The notes beneath the pieces are model-generated. The model worked only from the letters and a program-made list of their open reading frames with translations. It did no database searches and was not told where the DNA came from. From Tubulanus polymorphus (lineage: Eukaryota > Animalia > Nemertea), in the NCBI RefSeq assembly GCF_964204645.1, contig NC_134031.1, forward strand, positions 1,612,001-1,676,000: a stretch of 64,000 nt of DNA, in the 5' to 3' direction. Below, piece by piece: positions 42,007 to 56,673 of the stretch (the stretch's first letter is position 1; each line of letters opens with the position of its first letter). The position numbers and the translations under genes were made by a program.

Positions 42007-42795
42007 TTAATTGATGCGTTTGTAATAGTTAACTTTTTCGATGCCTTTTAAAGGTCGCACGAATTCGTGAACTTCCATGTTCCAAAATGTCATTAACATA
42101 ATCGGGTAAACGGCAACTTCTTCAAAATCGCATCTACGGAACAGCGACAGAGCTCGTTTCTGCGCAACAGACGCGCAACAATGAATTTCATCGTAATTCC
42201 GTTCTTTACAATAAGCGATCACTTCTTCCATTAACTTCCGCCCGATTCCGCGATTTTTAAACGCCGGTAGAAGGGATACTCGTTTCAGTATCGCGACTTT
42301 TTTATCGATGTAGTCGGCGACGCGAGGTGTCGGGTCTGCCGGGTGGAATAGGGCGTCGCTTACCGCTTTAGGCACGATCCCAGCGCAGCCTATAACCTCA
42401 CCGGCCAGTTCGATAACCCAGAACTCACCGCCGTCCTCGTTACGATAATACTGACGGACGTTATGGACATCTTTGCAGACGACCCATTGATACCAAACAT
42501 GAAATACAGTCCAAGCTGCCAGAATCAGTCCTAAATACAACGAAAGCGCGGCGATAATCAGCGGTACACTGAGAAATATAGAATAGAGAACTAAAGTAAT
42601 CGTAATCATAACCATTTGATTCACCCAGTTCTGTATCGATATCCAGAAATATCGCCAATTATTCGACATCAAAGCGCGCCACACAGGATTGAAGACTAAC
42701 AGTTTATCTTTCGGTTTGTACGGACGAATAATAATCGTATCTTCATCATTTCTACAATCAGAATCATCGACTGTTTTCAGCGGTTCCCCGTCCAT
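42007..42795 (-). CDS. Single-coding-exon membrane-anchored GNAT N-acetyltransferase, NAT8/camello-like
   Basis: IIRPYKPKD, hydrophobic segment, FWVIELAGEVIGCAGI, LKRVSLLPAFKNRGIGRKLM (acetyl-CoA motif A), QKRALSLFRRCDF. Confidence 0.88.
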   Translation of the reverse strand: MDGEPLKTVDDSDCRNDEDTIIIRPYKPKDKLLVFNPVWRALMSNNWRYFWISIQNWVNQMVMITITLVLYSIFLSVPLIIAALSLYLGLILAAWTVFHVWYQWVVCKDVHNVRQYYRNEDGGEFWVIELAGEVIGCAGIVPKAVSDALFHPADPTPRVADYIDKKVAILKRVSLLPAFKNRGIGRKLMEEVIAYCKERNYDEIHCCASVAQKRALSLFRRCDFEEVAVYPIMLMTFWNMEVHEFVRPLKGIEKVNYYKRIN

Positions 42796-44058
42796 ATTGC
42801 TAGTGTAAAGGGCTGCAAGCTCGTCTCGTCACCACTCGACCAAGTTGTGCCAGTACAACTACACGTCAGTGTCAATTGTTGATAGCCTAATTTTACCACA
42901 CTATATATATTCAACACTTTGACGTATATTGATAGTTTACTTCCTGCATTTTTAACCGTCTGACCTATAGTCTGATTCATACAGCTTTATTCCCCAAACC
43001 GGATTTTAATACAGCCATTATCAATCATTCAGCCGATAAGATTGCGGGACTTTACATGCATGTTTGGTCGTCAAGATTTGCGTCTTTTAACGTTTTTCGC
43101 GTTGTTCAACTGATATCGCTCATTGTTGTCATATTGTCTTTGTGGTGACGAATTAACGAATTCTCCTAATTCATCAACTACTTCTCAACGCAGTGAGGAA
43201 ATTTCGAAAATCTTAGAAACAATTTCGAAAATTTTTTATTCTTTATTGAAACTTGCATCTTCTGTTTGTTGTTTTCCGATTTTCGGTGTGGAAAATGAAA
43301 AACAAAAAATGTCAACAAAATATCTTCCTGATAAAATAATTTTCTGTTCGTGTCTCATAGATGGCGACCGAGTTGTTTCAGACCGATTACCATAATGCGA
43401 TTTTTAACTAATCAGATAATCTGTTTTGCAGGGGCCTTCCCTTTCACGGCTTTATTATTCATGCAAATATGAATAATGATAAGCAACTCGGTATTCACTA
43501 TACGTGCGGGTAATTCACATGTCGCCAAAATACACAAAGATAATGTATTTTGATGCCCTGCAACAAAGGCAGTAAAAATAGGATTGATCAGTATAACAAC
43601 TCGTCGTTGTACGTTCAGTAGGCTACGTGCTGAAACAGCCTGTATTGCGGCAGTGCTATTTGCAGCAGTAAAAAACACTGATCGCTAGTGGATGTGTATG
43701 GGAAAATGGCGGCGGCGGTGGCAGTGGCTGAATAGAGGGACAATAACCTTATCGCTAGCGAGTATTCGTCAAAAACTCTCCGCAAACCCAGTTTCGTAAC
43801 CCGCACGGTTTTGTTTGAATTTTGAAATTGGCAGCACGTGATTAACCGTTAAAACGGCGCGGATTGCGGCTGGAATTCGATAGATTGAACAGTCTCTGAA
43901 TCACCTTAATGTGACCTTGACGTTCGGCTGTCTGTTTATCAATTATCTCTTCTGTGTGGTGTTGTTTATCACGACGAGAATTTTCTTTTAATTTTCGGCG
44001 CAACTGCTTCAGAATAGTATCAAATATATACATCGTGAAAAACGAGGATTTGTTAATT

Positions 44059-47000
44059 ATGGCTTGCTGTAAAAATAAACCAGGAGAAGGTAAGATTTCT
44101 ATTTTAAGACGTATCAGTAGGGTACTGGATATCTGGGTAAGATAGTCAGTAACCTGTCTGTGGGGTATTAGAATACCTGTGGAATCTGGAGGTGACGGCA
44201 TTATTATCAGCTAAATGACCAGGGGTGTTTTAAGAGACCTTAAAGATATCTCCGCTTTTAAAGACCATAAACTGGTCCAGCATCACATTTTCTAAGAAAA
44301 TGTTGTAATACCGGTAGTAGGGGAGATATTTTCAAGGGGTTGGTACGGAACCCCGTCCCAGACTGTGCGCCTAGAACTCGGCGACCTGGTAAAACATCAT
44401 TTTTTGTGATGCATGATAATGTAAATAGTAAAGTATTTCATGTTGAATGGTACCTGGATGTGACATGTGTGATAGTATACAATAATCTGTAATGTGACAG
44501 ATGGCTCTAAATTAAAATACGTACTCTACACATATCAAAAAGACTGATTGTAAGACTAGCGACAGAATGTCAGTGTGGGAATTTAGATGACAACCTGACG
44601 ATTTATATGGATGCCAGATAAGAAAACATTTTTCACCAAAAAAAAACTTTAATTGAGTTTCATTAGCTTTATCGTCCACACATTGACTTCATGTGGATGG
44701 AGGCTATGAAAATGTCTAATATTATAGATATTTTCTGTGATCGCCCTGTCCAAGTGTTCGAATCCCTAAATTGATACACGTTTCACGAAGATTTTAACTT
44801 CTTAGACATCCCAGGCTGGTAGAACCATGCTCGCTATGAGACGGTCACATATTCACCACAGCCGACGTCTGATAGTTTAAGAATGGCCACTTTACGTCAG
44901 ATTTGGCTTATTCTCGTCCCATACAGAACGTGGACAATGGGACACAATGTATCGTGGGGAATCGGTCAAAGCTCCCACATTCAAGATTGAATTTATCTCG
45001 CGAAACGACGTTTCAAACAATATATATATATTTATTTTTTCCTAGGAGATTTAATACATAAATTATATTCTATATTAAGATAAATTATGAATATTTAATC
45101 AATTCATAATGATATGTATATTTCAGTAGGATCAACTTTTTTGGTTGTTGAACGAATAGCAATTTGATAGATTCGATATTAACTGTATTGTAGTGTTCAG
45201 TCGGTAGAATGCATCTTCATTTCGGGAAACCTCGTATTGAACTCTACAGGCATTTTTTACTCGATGTGAGTGTGTGTGATATAATACTCAATCAGTGTCG
45301 ATGTGTGATTTATTATAGCTCTCTCAGTAAGACTCCCCTCGCTCCAGCGCTGTGGCCTTCACTCGAAACGTCTGAATTATACAGAAATTTCTAAAAATAC
45401 CTGAACGCAAAACTCATATTAACAGAGCTCATAGTGAGGAGGAAAAAATGCACAGATTACTTATATATTCTATACCTTTACCTATTCTTATTTCATGTCA
45501 GTAAACATACCGGTACATATACAATATACGATGATTGACATATTTTTTAATAAACCAACAGCTATTGTTCTTTAAGTGGCGGCATTCCAAATATAGGTAT
45601 ATATACAACGTCTCAGTTCAGTGTCAGAGATGACGTAAATCTTCTATTCTTTATTCGGGAAAAAACTTGGGAAACTAAGGTTCGTGAGTGGGTCTACGAG
45701 TTGAGAAAGATTTTTATGAATCTCGAAGGATTGTTTGTAAGATTGGTAGGAAGTGCCGGTAATTCTCAATCACCTCGATCGTCGCGCCTACGTGTCATCA
45801 GTCACGTTGGATGAAAGGCGACCGCAGATTCTCAGCACTTAGAATAATGATGCGGTAAATATAGCTATCCATTCCCCGCATCCCACGCCTCTGATCCTTG
45901 ACAATGTACTAAATATAGCACATCTAGCTCGATATAACACAACCTCCTCGTTACAGGAACTTCGATAACTTGAGAACTTTCGCCTTTTGTTCGCCTTTTA
46001 CACGAGATCCACGAAATATTTCATAAATTTCATTCTGCTTCCAAAAAGGTCACACTTCGTTATTCATTCCGTGCCATATTCAAATTAAACAACAAACGAG
46101 CACCTGTAAGCCTATTAGTAAACATAACCATTTATTTGTATAAATCATTTAGGTAATAACTGCATAGCTCTGGCATATTCTTTATTGATGGCAATCTTCC
46201 AATTCGGTATTTTAAGTACAAATTGGAATGTCTAAAATTAGGAATTTCCACAAGAGTATTTTGACCGGGAAAAGCGCTCTTATCTGAATTTCAGTTATAA
46301 AAGAAAGAAAGGTTACGCGTAAAACTCATGTCGACTCGAATACTCTCGATAAGGAATGAAGTAGTTTTTTGGCGTGAATGAAAATGTAAAATATTTTGTC
46401 GATTTCGTCACGACACAAAACGAGTTTCTTTGTGTTCGTGATGAAGCAATCGGATTTTTTTATTGAATCGATGATGGCGGATGTGGCATTGTGTTCCGTG
46501 ACCTAATAAAGAGTAACGGTATATAGGTTTAGTGTCCTTATGTATAGTAAGAGTTTAGAATCGTCGATGCTGTCTGGGAGTATATAGAAATTAAAATGGC
46601 CAAGAGGAAAGGTTGCTATTGTCTCAATCCTGGTCGACATGATGAGAATAAACAAGGTAATTTGTTTGAGCGGATATTGGGTGCTGTTGCTAGACTTGCC
46701 CGATTCTCTCCTTTCTGAAACATGGCTTTCCCCCACAATACCTGAGCAACACGAATTTAAAGATTGATTTACAGGGAAATTCACTCTCGTCTTATCAGGG
46801 ACCACACCTTTTGCATTTCATATTTTAAGTCTTTTCTGCGGTCACAAGAAGAAAGTATTCATTGAAAAAAACAGGAAATGATCACGAACACCTATTAATA
46901 AACAAGGTTGGGTGTTGTTATTATGACTTATTATGGTAAGGCCCTGTATTTCTCGTAAGTCATACGTCATCGTTTGGTTAATAAATAATGCAATGGCAGA

Positions 47001-50000
47001 CGCCATTTTTTTTATGCGATCGATCCAGACACTTACCGACATAAAAACCGATCAATGCACAGACGATTTAATCACCCAGTTACCAGGGTTGCCTTCTTTT
47101 CATATTTATTGCGTAGAATACAAGCTGATCCAATACGAGCGATCACGTTGTTTCATTTGCCTTTTCCATATTTATCTATATTTTTGAATGCATAATATAA
47201 GAATGAACTACAAGGGCTGAATTGCGATCGGTTTCCACGTTAAATACATTCCCTAAAGTGCTTCATTCTTGACGAAGTCTATATCACTCTCCCCCATATC
47301 CCGGGTACGATTCATTATTTTATGGTTGCGATTTTTGCGTGAACTTTTTTTGCCATCGGAATATTTTAGAAGTCGAATAACAGAGAATCGAAATATTGTA
47401 TCATGGTCGGCGACTGTGGTGTTTCGCGCCATCGGGAATTCTTTTTGAATTAAAAGTTTTAAAAACTTCGAGAATAAGTTTTATAGTATGAAATATACGT
47501 GGCTCGATAAAACTGACACTTGGTTTCCTCAATCTTTTTAAGTGCCAACTTTCACGTCAGCGAGGTTTATCTTGGCCTACGTCGGGTTCTTCGGCTTCTT
47601 CTGGCTCTACGCGTTACGGTTCAACATGAGTGTCGGTATTGTTTGTATGGTGAAGAATCCACCGAAAAAGTTGGACGTTACGACGAACGCGACCAGCGAA
47701 CCGACTTCCGGAAATAATACGTACGATAGGGCACTAACGAATGAGGAAAAATGCGAAGCGGAAGGACTGGGTTCGAATAACAGATCTGCGGTAAGTATGC
47801 TCATTTACCTGATGAAGATACTATGTGCATTTTAGTAGCATAAACTCGTATTTCTATTTAAATCAAGTAAACCTACAAACGAGCACCTGTAAGCCTATTA
47901 GTAAACATAACCATTTATTTGTTTAAATCATTTAGGTAATAACTGCATAGTTCTGGCATATTCTTTATTGATGGCAATCTTCCAATACGGTGTTTTAAGT
48001 ACAGATTGGAATGTTTAAAATTAGGAATTTCCACAAGTATTTTGACCGGCAGAATGCTCGCTTATCTGAATTTCAGTTATAAAAGAATGAAAGGTTACGA
48101 GTAAAATTAAGTCATATTTTTCTTCGCATTTTATGCTCAAAATACTTGTTCAATATGATTTATAAATGATGCTGAAAAACACCTTTACTAGGCCCGTAGT
48201 TGAGTCCAATTTCAATGGTTACTCATTTATTACTTACAGCAATCGATTTTCAAATCTTTTCAAATTGTTTTTATTTGTATATTATTCAGGAAGGAGAATT
48301 TGAGTGGGATCGCCCGACTCAAGGTATGGTACTATCGGCGTTCTTCTGGGGTTATATCATAACGCAGGTGCCCGGTGGATGGTTGGCTAATAAATACGGA
48401 GGCAAACTCGTACTCGGATCCGGCATGGCACTGACCGCCCTGGCCACATTACTACTACCGGTCGCCGCCAGGGGGAGCGTTCACGCCGTCATATTCTTAC
48501 GCGTTGTAATGGGTTTCGGAACGGTAAGTCGGCCATTGAGATTATTACAACATTATTTTTGACGGATTTTTGTAATTTAGTTGATCTGTTGTGATAGGGT
48601 ACGGCATTCCCAGCAATGCACGGCTTATGGGCTAGATGGGCGCCTTCATTTGAAAAGACCAAGCTAATGACGCTCTGTTATTCCGGTAGGTGGATTAAGA
48701 AAAGCTAATCCTCTATTTGATCGGTAATGTTAGTTTGAGTCTGATATTGTCAGGATATTTCGTGTTCTTTTCCAGGTACAATGATTGGTAATATATTCAC
48801 ATTCTTTGTCTCCGGATTGTTGTGCGAATACGGATTCGATGGCGGATGGCCTTCCATATTCTATCTCATGGGTAAGAACTATTTCTCGCCAAAGAAAATA
48901 ATTTCAGGAGCGGATCTAGAAATTGGAAGATGCTCTAATAGAAAAGGAAGAGCATTTCTCGGATAAAGGCCACAAACAGTGTTCCACCATTAGATAATTT
49001 GAAGAAATCCATCCAGAAAGATGCACTTTCCAGAAAGGGAAACCTTTATGAGGAGACAGCAGTTGCCCAACTAGATCCGCTCCTGACTTCAGTCATTACG
49101 ATAATACATACATAAGATTTGGGCGTCGAACTAAAGTTACTTGTTATGAAAGAAAGAGAAGTACGGAAAATGTTCCAATATATTTGTGTCTCTATGACAG
49201 GTATCGGCACAGCTATTTGGCTGCTGTTTTGGATATTCCTCGTGTATGACACACCTAGTGTACATCCTCGTATCAGTGACGAGGAGAAGGAATATATACT
49301 TCAATCTGTCGGCGCCAACACCTTCAAAGATGCTCAGGTATATATGTAAATACATGTCTTAATACAGCTTACATCGCCGAGTGTATAAATTTGATCTGTG
49401 TGTTTTTCATCTACGTATTTTGATTTTCAGAATGTAAAAACTCCGTGGCTGTCGTTCATCAAATCGCCCCCTCTATTGGCTATCGTTGTAGCCCACGTCT
49501 GCAACAACTGGGGCAACTACACAATGATGACCAGTTTGCCGACCTACATGAAAGACGTACTTAAATTCAACATGAAGTCGGTGAGTTGTTATAGAATAGA
49601 AGTAGAAATACAAAATATTGAAAAAATACGAAGTTGGACGCCTGTTGAAGTTAAAAGATAATTTATATCCTTACGTCATAAGTTGCAAGAAGTTTTCCTA
49701 AATACCTATTCATCGTTCGGAAACATTTATTTCATGTTATTTGATTTCAGAACGGATTGTTCACTGCTCTCCCTTATATGGGAATGTTCGTGGCATCTAT
49801 CGGAGGTGGACAGGTATCTGATATTCTGAGAGCTCGCGGTGTTACGACCACAGTCGTCCGAAAAACCGTGCAATGCATCGGTAAGTAAATACCGCGATAA
49901 ACATAAATCAGATACATTACGCCGAATTCAGGAAGAAATGATGATTAACTAGAATGGATAGAAAGCATGAATGGAATGATTACAAGCTGTCTGAATTAGG

Positions 50001-50904
50001 AGAATGATATAGAATAGTCTGGGGAACTATACATATTAGTGTTTTCTATTGGGACATATGGATATTTTCAGTAAATCTGCATTTGTCAAACGACGTTCGT
50101 TTTCCGCTTAATTCGAGTCTACATCGAATCTATATATTCGGATGTTCTTGTATTTTCATAGCATTCGTGTTGCCAGCCGCGTTTACGATCGCTACTGGTT
50201 TCTTGGATTGCACACAGCGAGGTTTAGCGGTCGCGTTTCTGACTATAGCCGTCACCACTAGCGCTCTAAACCGATCTGGATACATCGTTAATCACGTTGA
50301 TATTGCTCCCAGGTAAATATCGGATTGTGTCCACAGCACTCTGATCCTCGCGAACTAGACGTCTGATGTCTTGTTGTATTTTATAGGTTCGCTGGTGTTT
50401 TGTTTGGCTTAACAAATACATTCGCTACAGTTCCTGGTATGTTGGCTCCACTCGCTGTTGGTCAACTCACGAAAGATGTAAGTCGATGCATTATATCGAA
50501 TACCGAATTTCTCATTTTGTTTACCGAGTAAAGCACATTTTTCAAACATTGAATTCAATCTTCCCGGCTTTGGTTGGGTTCGAATTTCAGTTGTGAAACA
50601 CTGGGTTCTGTATAGAATTATTGATGCTCAATTTTCTCAAATGTTACAGCGTTCTCGAGCCAGTTGGCAGATCGTATTCTATCTATGCGGCGGTTTCTAT
50701 CTGTTCGGAGCGCTCGTCTATACGAAATTCGCGAGCGGCGTCGAACAGGAGTGGGCTAAAGCCAAACCAGAAGCGCAGGCCGAGGACGGCGAGGCGTTGA
50801 CCGCAATTGACGAGAAACCGAAAGAAAACGAGGCCGAAAAAGATCAGAACGAAGTCGAAGTAAAGACTCCGTTACAATCCGAGAAAGATACCACAGAGTT
50901 GTAA
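44059..50904 (+). CDS. SLC17/sialin-like MFS anion transporter, paralogue A; two candidate first coding exons
   Basis: Exon 2 from 47543 ([35 protein letters not shown]), [62 protein letters not shown]. First exon 44059-44089 or 46596-46656, both phase 1. Confidence 0.92.
46095..46326 (+). repeat. About 230-bp non-coding block duplicated at 47877-48107
   Basis: AACGAGCACCTGTAAGCCTATTAGTAAACATAACC ... CTTATCTGAATTTCAGTTATAAAAGAA is near-identical in both places. Confidence 0.9.
48905..49085. mobile_element. 181-bp MITE with perfect 15-bp terminal inverted repeat CAGGAGCGGATCTAG
   Basis: The TIR pair is seen directly; related ends occur at about 51975-52234, 18845, 12120 and 4866. No TSD is discernible. 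Confidence 0.65.
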
Positions 50905-53800
50905 CTGGCGGATCATCAAAAAGTATCGTAGGAATCACGCAGCCCTTCCTGCTGTAGAGAAGAGAATGTAGAGACCAGTTTATATAGAATATTGTAGACG
51001 ACAGAAAGCTTGTAGACGTCAGTTTAATTCCTACCAAAGTCGTGTGTATTTACGATCTCATTTCGAACAACATTAATGAATTTGTATTTACTGTAAAATT
51101 GAGTTATTGAGAAAACGAAAGCTCAACAGATGATAATAATATGTAGCTACGATGGCCAAATCTGTAATATTATAATGTCCAGTATTTTATAGGCTGCTTT
51201 GTAATTATTCATCTATATATGTATATGCACTGACACTATACTTTGCTGATGATAATTATCGGGATTTGCTGCAATTTTTTATGTGCTCTCATTGTTAGCT
51301 GTTATATATCATATATTCATATATATAATTCATATATATATATCAATGTTATGGAACCACTGAAGCTCAATTCATTTCGCAATTTCGGTTTCGTTTTTTC
51401 AGTTTTTTTCAATCCATATCTCATTGTTGATGTTTAATCGGTCGCGAGACGCTGCAAACTCAACGGTTAAATGTTAAATGTATTTTTGTTTTGTTTTCAA
51501 TTGGCAAATCGCCGTAACCTGCATTTCCGAGAAGTTCTCAAAAAAAAAATTATTCTCATTTTTATTTTACGAAAAATTATAGTTAATCCAATATGGCCAG
51601 TCGGCTGTCAGTAAAGTTTTTTTTTTGTTTATCCTATTACAGTTTACCTGCTAATGTTTAATTAATTGTATGTTAAATAGTTATTGCTACTTATTCTAAA
51701 AGACTGTTGCCTATAATATGTACTTGTCTGACTATCTAATCATTGTTAATCTCAATCTGCTTTGTGTGATAGAACATGTGTTCCCATATATATCAAAGGC
51801 TGTGGTGTGCGCTTAGACCGTAGTTTCCGTCCTTTGAACACAGAAAGATCTGTATAATGCAGTCACACTATCGATACTATCCGGCTGATCGTGAAAGCAA
51901 CGTGAACAAATTACGTTTTATCATATTTTTCCATACATCCATAATATCTATTGGTTCAAATCCTCACGCGAGCTACAGGGTGGATCCAGGGGGCAGACTT
52001 TGACAGGAGCACAAAGAAATGATAAGGGCGTATATACTGAAAAAAGGGGAAATTCTTAAGTATTCACGCAGCAAAACAAGGGATGGAAGATTCAGTGCAT
52101 TGTCATACAATTTATAGGCACTTGAGGGGCATTTAAGGGAATATAAGCTAAATCTTGCGCTGCTGTCTGCTGTTTTATTAGTTCCGGGTGGAAAAAGTGC
52201 TCTGAAAAATATTGTGCTGTCCGGATCCGCCCCCAAGGCCGTACTTGGCAGATGGGGTCTTCCCTGGCTTCTTCGCCACCGACTGCTAGACGGGTTAGCG
52301 GTATCTCTACCGGACCGGTTGGCGGTCTCGAGTACACATTTTCTTTCAGAATCTGACGATTATTTTCCTGATTAATCTATAACTACGTCTGTATCTCAGC
52401 TATTGTCATCTTGAAGCTAACGCTCTGTCGAATTTGAACGAAAGCATTTTTACTTTTTATTCTGAACGCATTTCAAATATTCTAACAGATCTAACAGGAT
52501 CATTACGGAAGCTTTTTCATGTATATATTATATACATAATATATACAAAACCATAATCTCAACGTTTTAAAACATATGTAATATCATTATTTTTGCATTT
52601 AGCATTATTTTTAGTGTAAACAATAAGTTTATCAAATAGGCATAAAGGAGATTAATAAACAAGAGGGCAAATTTTTTTACCAAATTTAGCGTATGGTCTT
52701 CCAGAACTTTAACAAAGCAGCATATAATTCTCGATATTATCTTGTGGTGAATTGTTTCGGAGACTAATGCAGTCTTCATGCGGATGGATTTTACTTAAAA
52801 AGATTTGAATTCAAAACGAAAAATCGCAGCAGATAATATGATGGCGGTCTGGGGGTCTTGGTAAAGTATGAACACTTGGAAATCAAATCGCGTACAGAAG
52901 ATGGGCGCATTTACACGTGTTCACAGGGATGAAACCTTCGTTAAATTAGTCTCCCCTTCCCCTATACCCGAATACCGCGACTTACCTGTCGGTTTAAAGT
53001 ATAGTTGAATAGATGAATGTTTTAAGCATTTTACTATTTCTGATTTTTGAACGTAAAGAAGGTATCTACAATGAATAGTGTTGTTATTTGTGTGAAATTA
53101 TAATGAGTTGATATATCTATGATGAGAAGTGAAGCCTTACGCATGACATAGACTTACGTGTGATACTTATATTTATGAATGGATATCAAAATCGAGGCTG
53201 TAATGATTTGTATGATATTGTTTGGAATAAATGTACCTCGCTGTTTAGATTAAATGAACCGCGTTTCTTTCTTTTTTTTAAGCAAAAATTTATTATTTCT
53301 ATTTCTGGAAATATCGATGAAACTTACATCTTAATTCATAGCATAATATAATGTATAACTATTATACGCGAAAATCACACGAAACTAAAGACCGTAACAT
53401 AACTGACACAACACAATACACTCTATCAAATAAAGCCACACATTTCTAATCTATCAATAGCTATGTAACGATTATCAATAGTTTTGGCTAATTTACTTAA
53501 TCGTTTATAAAATCGAATATCTTACGAAAAATAAAATCGTCTATCTCGTCATGGTGATAGGGTTGACGATATAAATTGCGAAAACATATTATATAAAATC
53601 AATATCAATGATGAATGTTTTATCAGCTTATGACGTGAGACATTACATGTTACAATGTCGTTACCATGTTAGAGTCCATTACTGCTATGCTGATAGAGAA
53701 TACGACTTCATAATTTCGCTGAACTCAATGATTTAATTTCCGTCCAGTTGTTCTAAATCTATCTCATAGATAGAATGGCAGTAATAGAGATAAGAACAAA

Positions 53801-56673
53801 TTATAAATCTTGGGTATCGGTTCGCTGCATCGGGAATGAATCTTGTTCTTTATCTTTTGATTTGTTTCGCTTCTTTTTCTTGTCGCCGTCGTCGGTCAAG
53901 GCAACGGTTCCTTCTTCGTCATCGTTCGGTTCGGGCTTCGCTTTGGCCCACTCCTGTTCCACTCCGCTCGCGAATATTGTATACACGATAGCGCCGAGCA
54001 GGTAGAAACCACCACAGATATAGAATACAATCTGCCAACTGGATCTAGATCTCTGAAACATGGGAAAAAACGATTATTGTAATTTAACAAAATTCTTGTA
54101 CGTTAAGGATAGAGGTGGTTATTTCCCTCATCTGGGGTACGCTTACATCTTTAGTGAGCTGGCCGACGGCTAGTGGGGCCAACATCCCAGATACTGTCGC
54201 AAATGTGTTGGTAACCCCGAATAAAACACCGGCAAATCTGAATAGAAATAGATGTTAAATTAGATAGACACATAGATGACGACTCGAAAGATCGTCAGAA
54301 ATGGATCGATATGCAAATTATGGCCACCATTAGATCGATATGCAAATTTATGGCATCCATCTTTGTGGCTTAATGTTTCAGTAAGTAATCTCGTAGCTCG
54401 AGTATAGAGGTATCAATCACCTGGGAGCTATATCAACATGATTGACAATATATCCGGACCGGTTCAGGGCACTAGTCGTTACCGCTATGGTCAATAGGGC
54501 GACCGCGGCGCCTCGTCTTGTGCAGTCCAAAAACCCGGTACCAATCGTAAACAAAGCGGGCAGGACAAATGCTGAAACGATTATAGATTTGATGTGGGCA
54601 TGCTTGCAAAGCGTAAATGTTGGTAAAACGAATGAGTAAGCAGTTTCGCGTTCGATTTACCTACCTATGAATTGTACGCCTTTTCTGACTTTCGTAGTTG
54701 AGACGCCATGAGCTCTTAGGATATCAGCTACCTGACCGCCAAATATAGCTGCTACAAACATACCCATATATGGCAGTGCTGTGTAGAGACCATTCTGTAA
54801 TGAATTCAGAAAATATACACATGCACCCTGGGCGTTTACTGGCATTTTAACCGGTTTATGGGGAGCTGAGGGCATAACTCACCGACTTCATGTTGAATTT
54901 AAGTACATCTTTCATATAAATTGGTAAACTGGTCATCATTGTGTAGTTGCCCCAGTTGTTGCAGACGTGGGCGACAACGATAGCCAATAGAGGGGGCGAT
55001 TTGACGAACGACAGCCACGGAGTTTTCACTTTCGTCGCATCTTTGAATGTATTCTGTCCAATCGAAGCCAAAATGTAATCTTTTTCCTTTTTACTGATAC
55101 GCGGGTGTTCGCGCGGGAAGTTATAAACCAGTGCTATCCAAAATATCAGCCAAATCGCTGTCCCACCGCCTTAAAAACAACAAAGAGCAATGATAGGGTT
55201 TTGTTGTTATCATAAATAGAGGATAGTCGAGAAAGTAGTTACCCATGACGTAGAATATGGAAGGCCAACCACCGGCGAATCCGTATTCACACAACAATCC
55301 AGAGACGAAAAATGTAAATATATTACCAATCATTGTACCTGGATAGAAAAATGATACAAATACATCATGAGCCGAATCGTAAATAAATCTAGGCTTATAA
55401 TGTCTTTTCTTGAGGTCATTTTCCAAATATCAGTAGATGAATGCAAGATCCAAGAACCATCAGTGCACAACTACTGGAACATAGGAAGCGGGTCACCTAG
55501 TAAAATGTAGAAGTGATGCACCGACGTCACACTTATCGTTCAACGTGAAATGGCAATGAACGACTGTGACTATTTACTTTACAGCCAACTGCGGTCCAAT
55601 ATGACGCACTGTGGACGTCAGGTGCATAACCTCTATAGCTATGAATGTTTGGACCTGTGTCGTCATTTTTATTACCGACCTGAATAACAGAATGTCATTA
55701 GTTTCGTTTTCTCAAAGGTTGGCGCCCATCTGGCCCACAGACCGTGCATAGCCGGAAAGGCGACTCCCTGATATAAGAGAAAGCATCAATAAGATAATGA
55801 AATGGAAGTATGAAGCGCGTGAACGTGTACTAGACTTACCGTGCCAATTCCCATGACAACGCGCAGGAAAATGACCCCATAGACGTGACCTCTCGCAGCG
55901 ACTGGGATGAGTAAAGTAGCAAGAGCTGTTATACCCATACCCGATCCGAGAATGATCTTAGCACCGTATTTATTAGCCAACCATCCACCGGGAACCTGTG
56001 TGAGGATATAACCCCAGAAGAACGATGATAGTACCATTCCTTGCGTGGGACGATCCCAATCAAATTCTCCTTCCTGCAAATATATTATTGCATCTTTGTC
56101 AGGATGAGGCAATAACGTTGGTATTTTGAAATACAGTTGTTTCAAAAATGGACTTGGCATTTAGAACACATTCTGATCATGTATGCATATGCTGCAGAGC
56201 TAAAATATGTTGCCTTGAACAACGATGAATGCTAAACCCCTCGACAGATGCCTTCCCCTTGAGCTTCAATGTATAGTACTTATACTTACTAATGTCCTAT
56301 TAGAACGATCTTGGTCTTCCATGGCGCAGACGGGTTCACCGCTATCATCTGGAGTTGTTACATTGTAAGATGTGCTGTTGTTGAGAGATGAGTTCAATGA
56401 CGCCTTCGATGGAATCTTCACCATACAAACAATACCGACACTCATGTTGAACCGTAACGCGTAGAGCCAGAAGAAGCCGAAGAAACCGACGTAGGCCAAG
56501 ATAAACCTCGCTGACGTGAAAGTTGGTACTACCATAGATAAAACAGTATAGGTGTATACAAGGTGTCGATCAAGGACGAAGACAAACAGATACGAGATGG
56601 ATCATTGATACTTACCTCCATCATCTCTGCAAAAGAATTCTCCGAAATTCCCGCAACATTTCTTCTTGGCCAT
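53801..56673 (-). CDS. SLC17/sialin-like transporter, paralogue B
   Basis: First exon 56673-56616 ([19 protein letters not shown], phase 1), then the same exon series as paralogue A minus one intron; stop at 53801. Confidence 0.92.
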
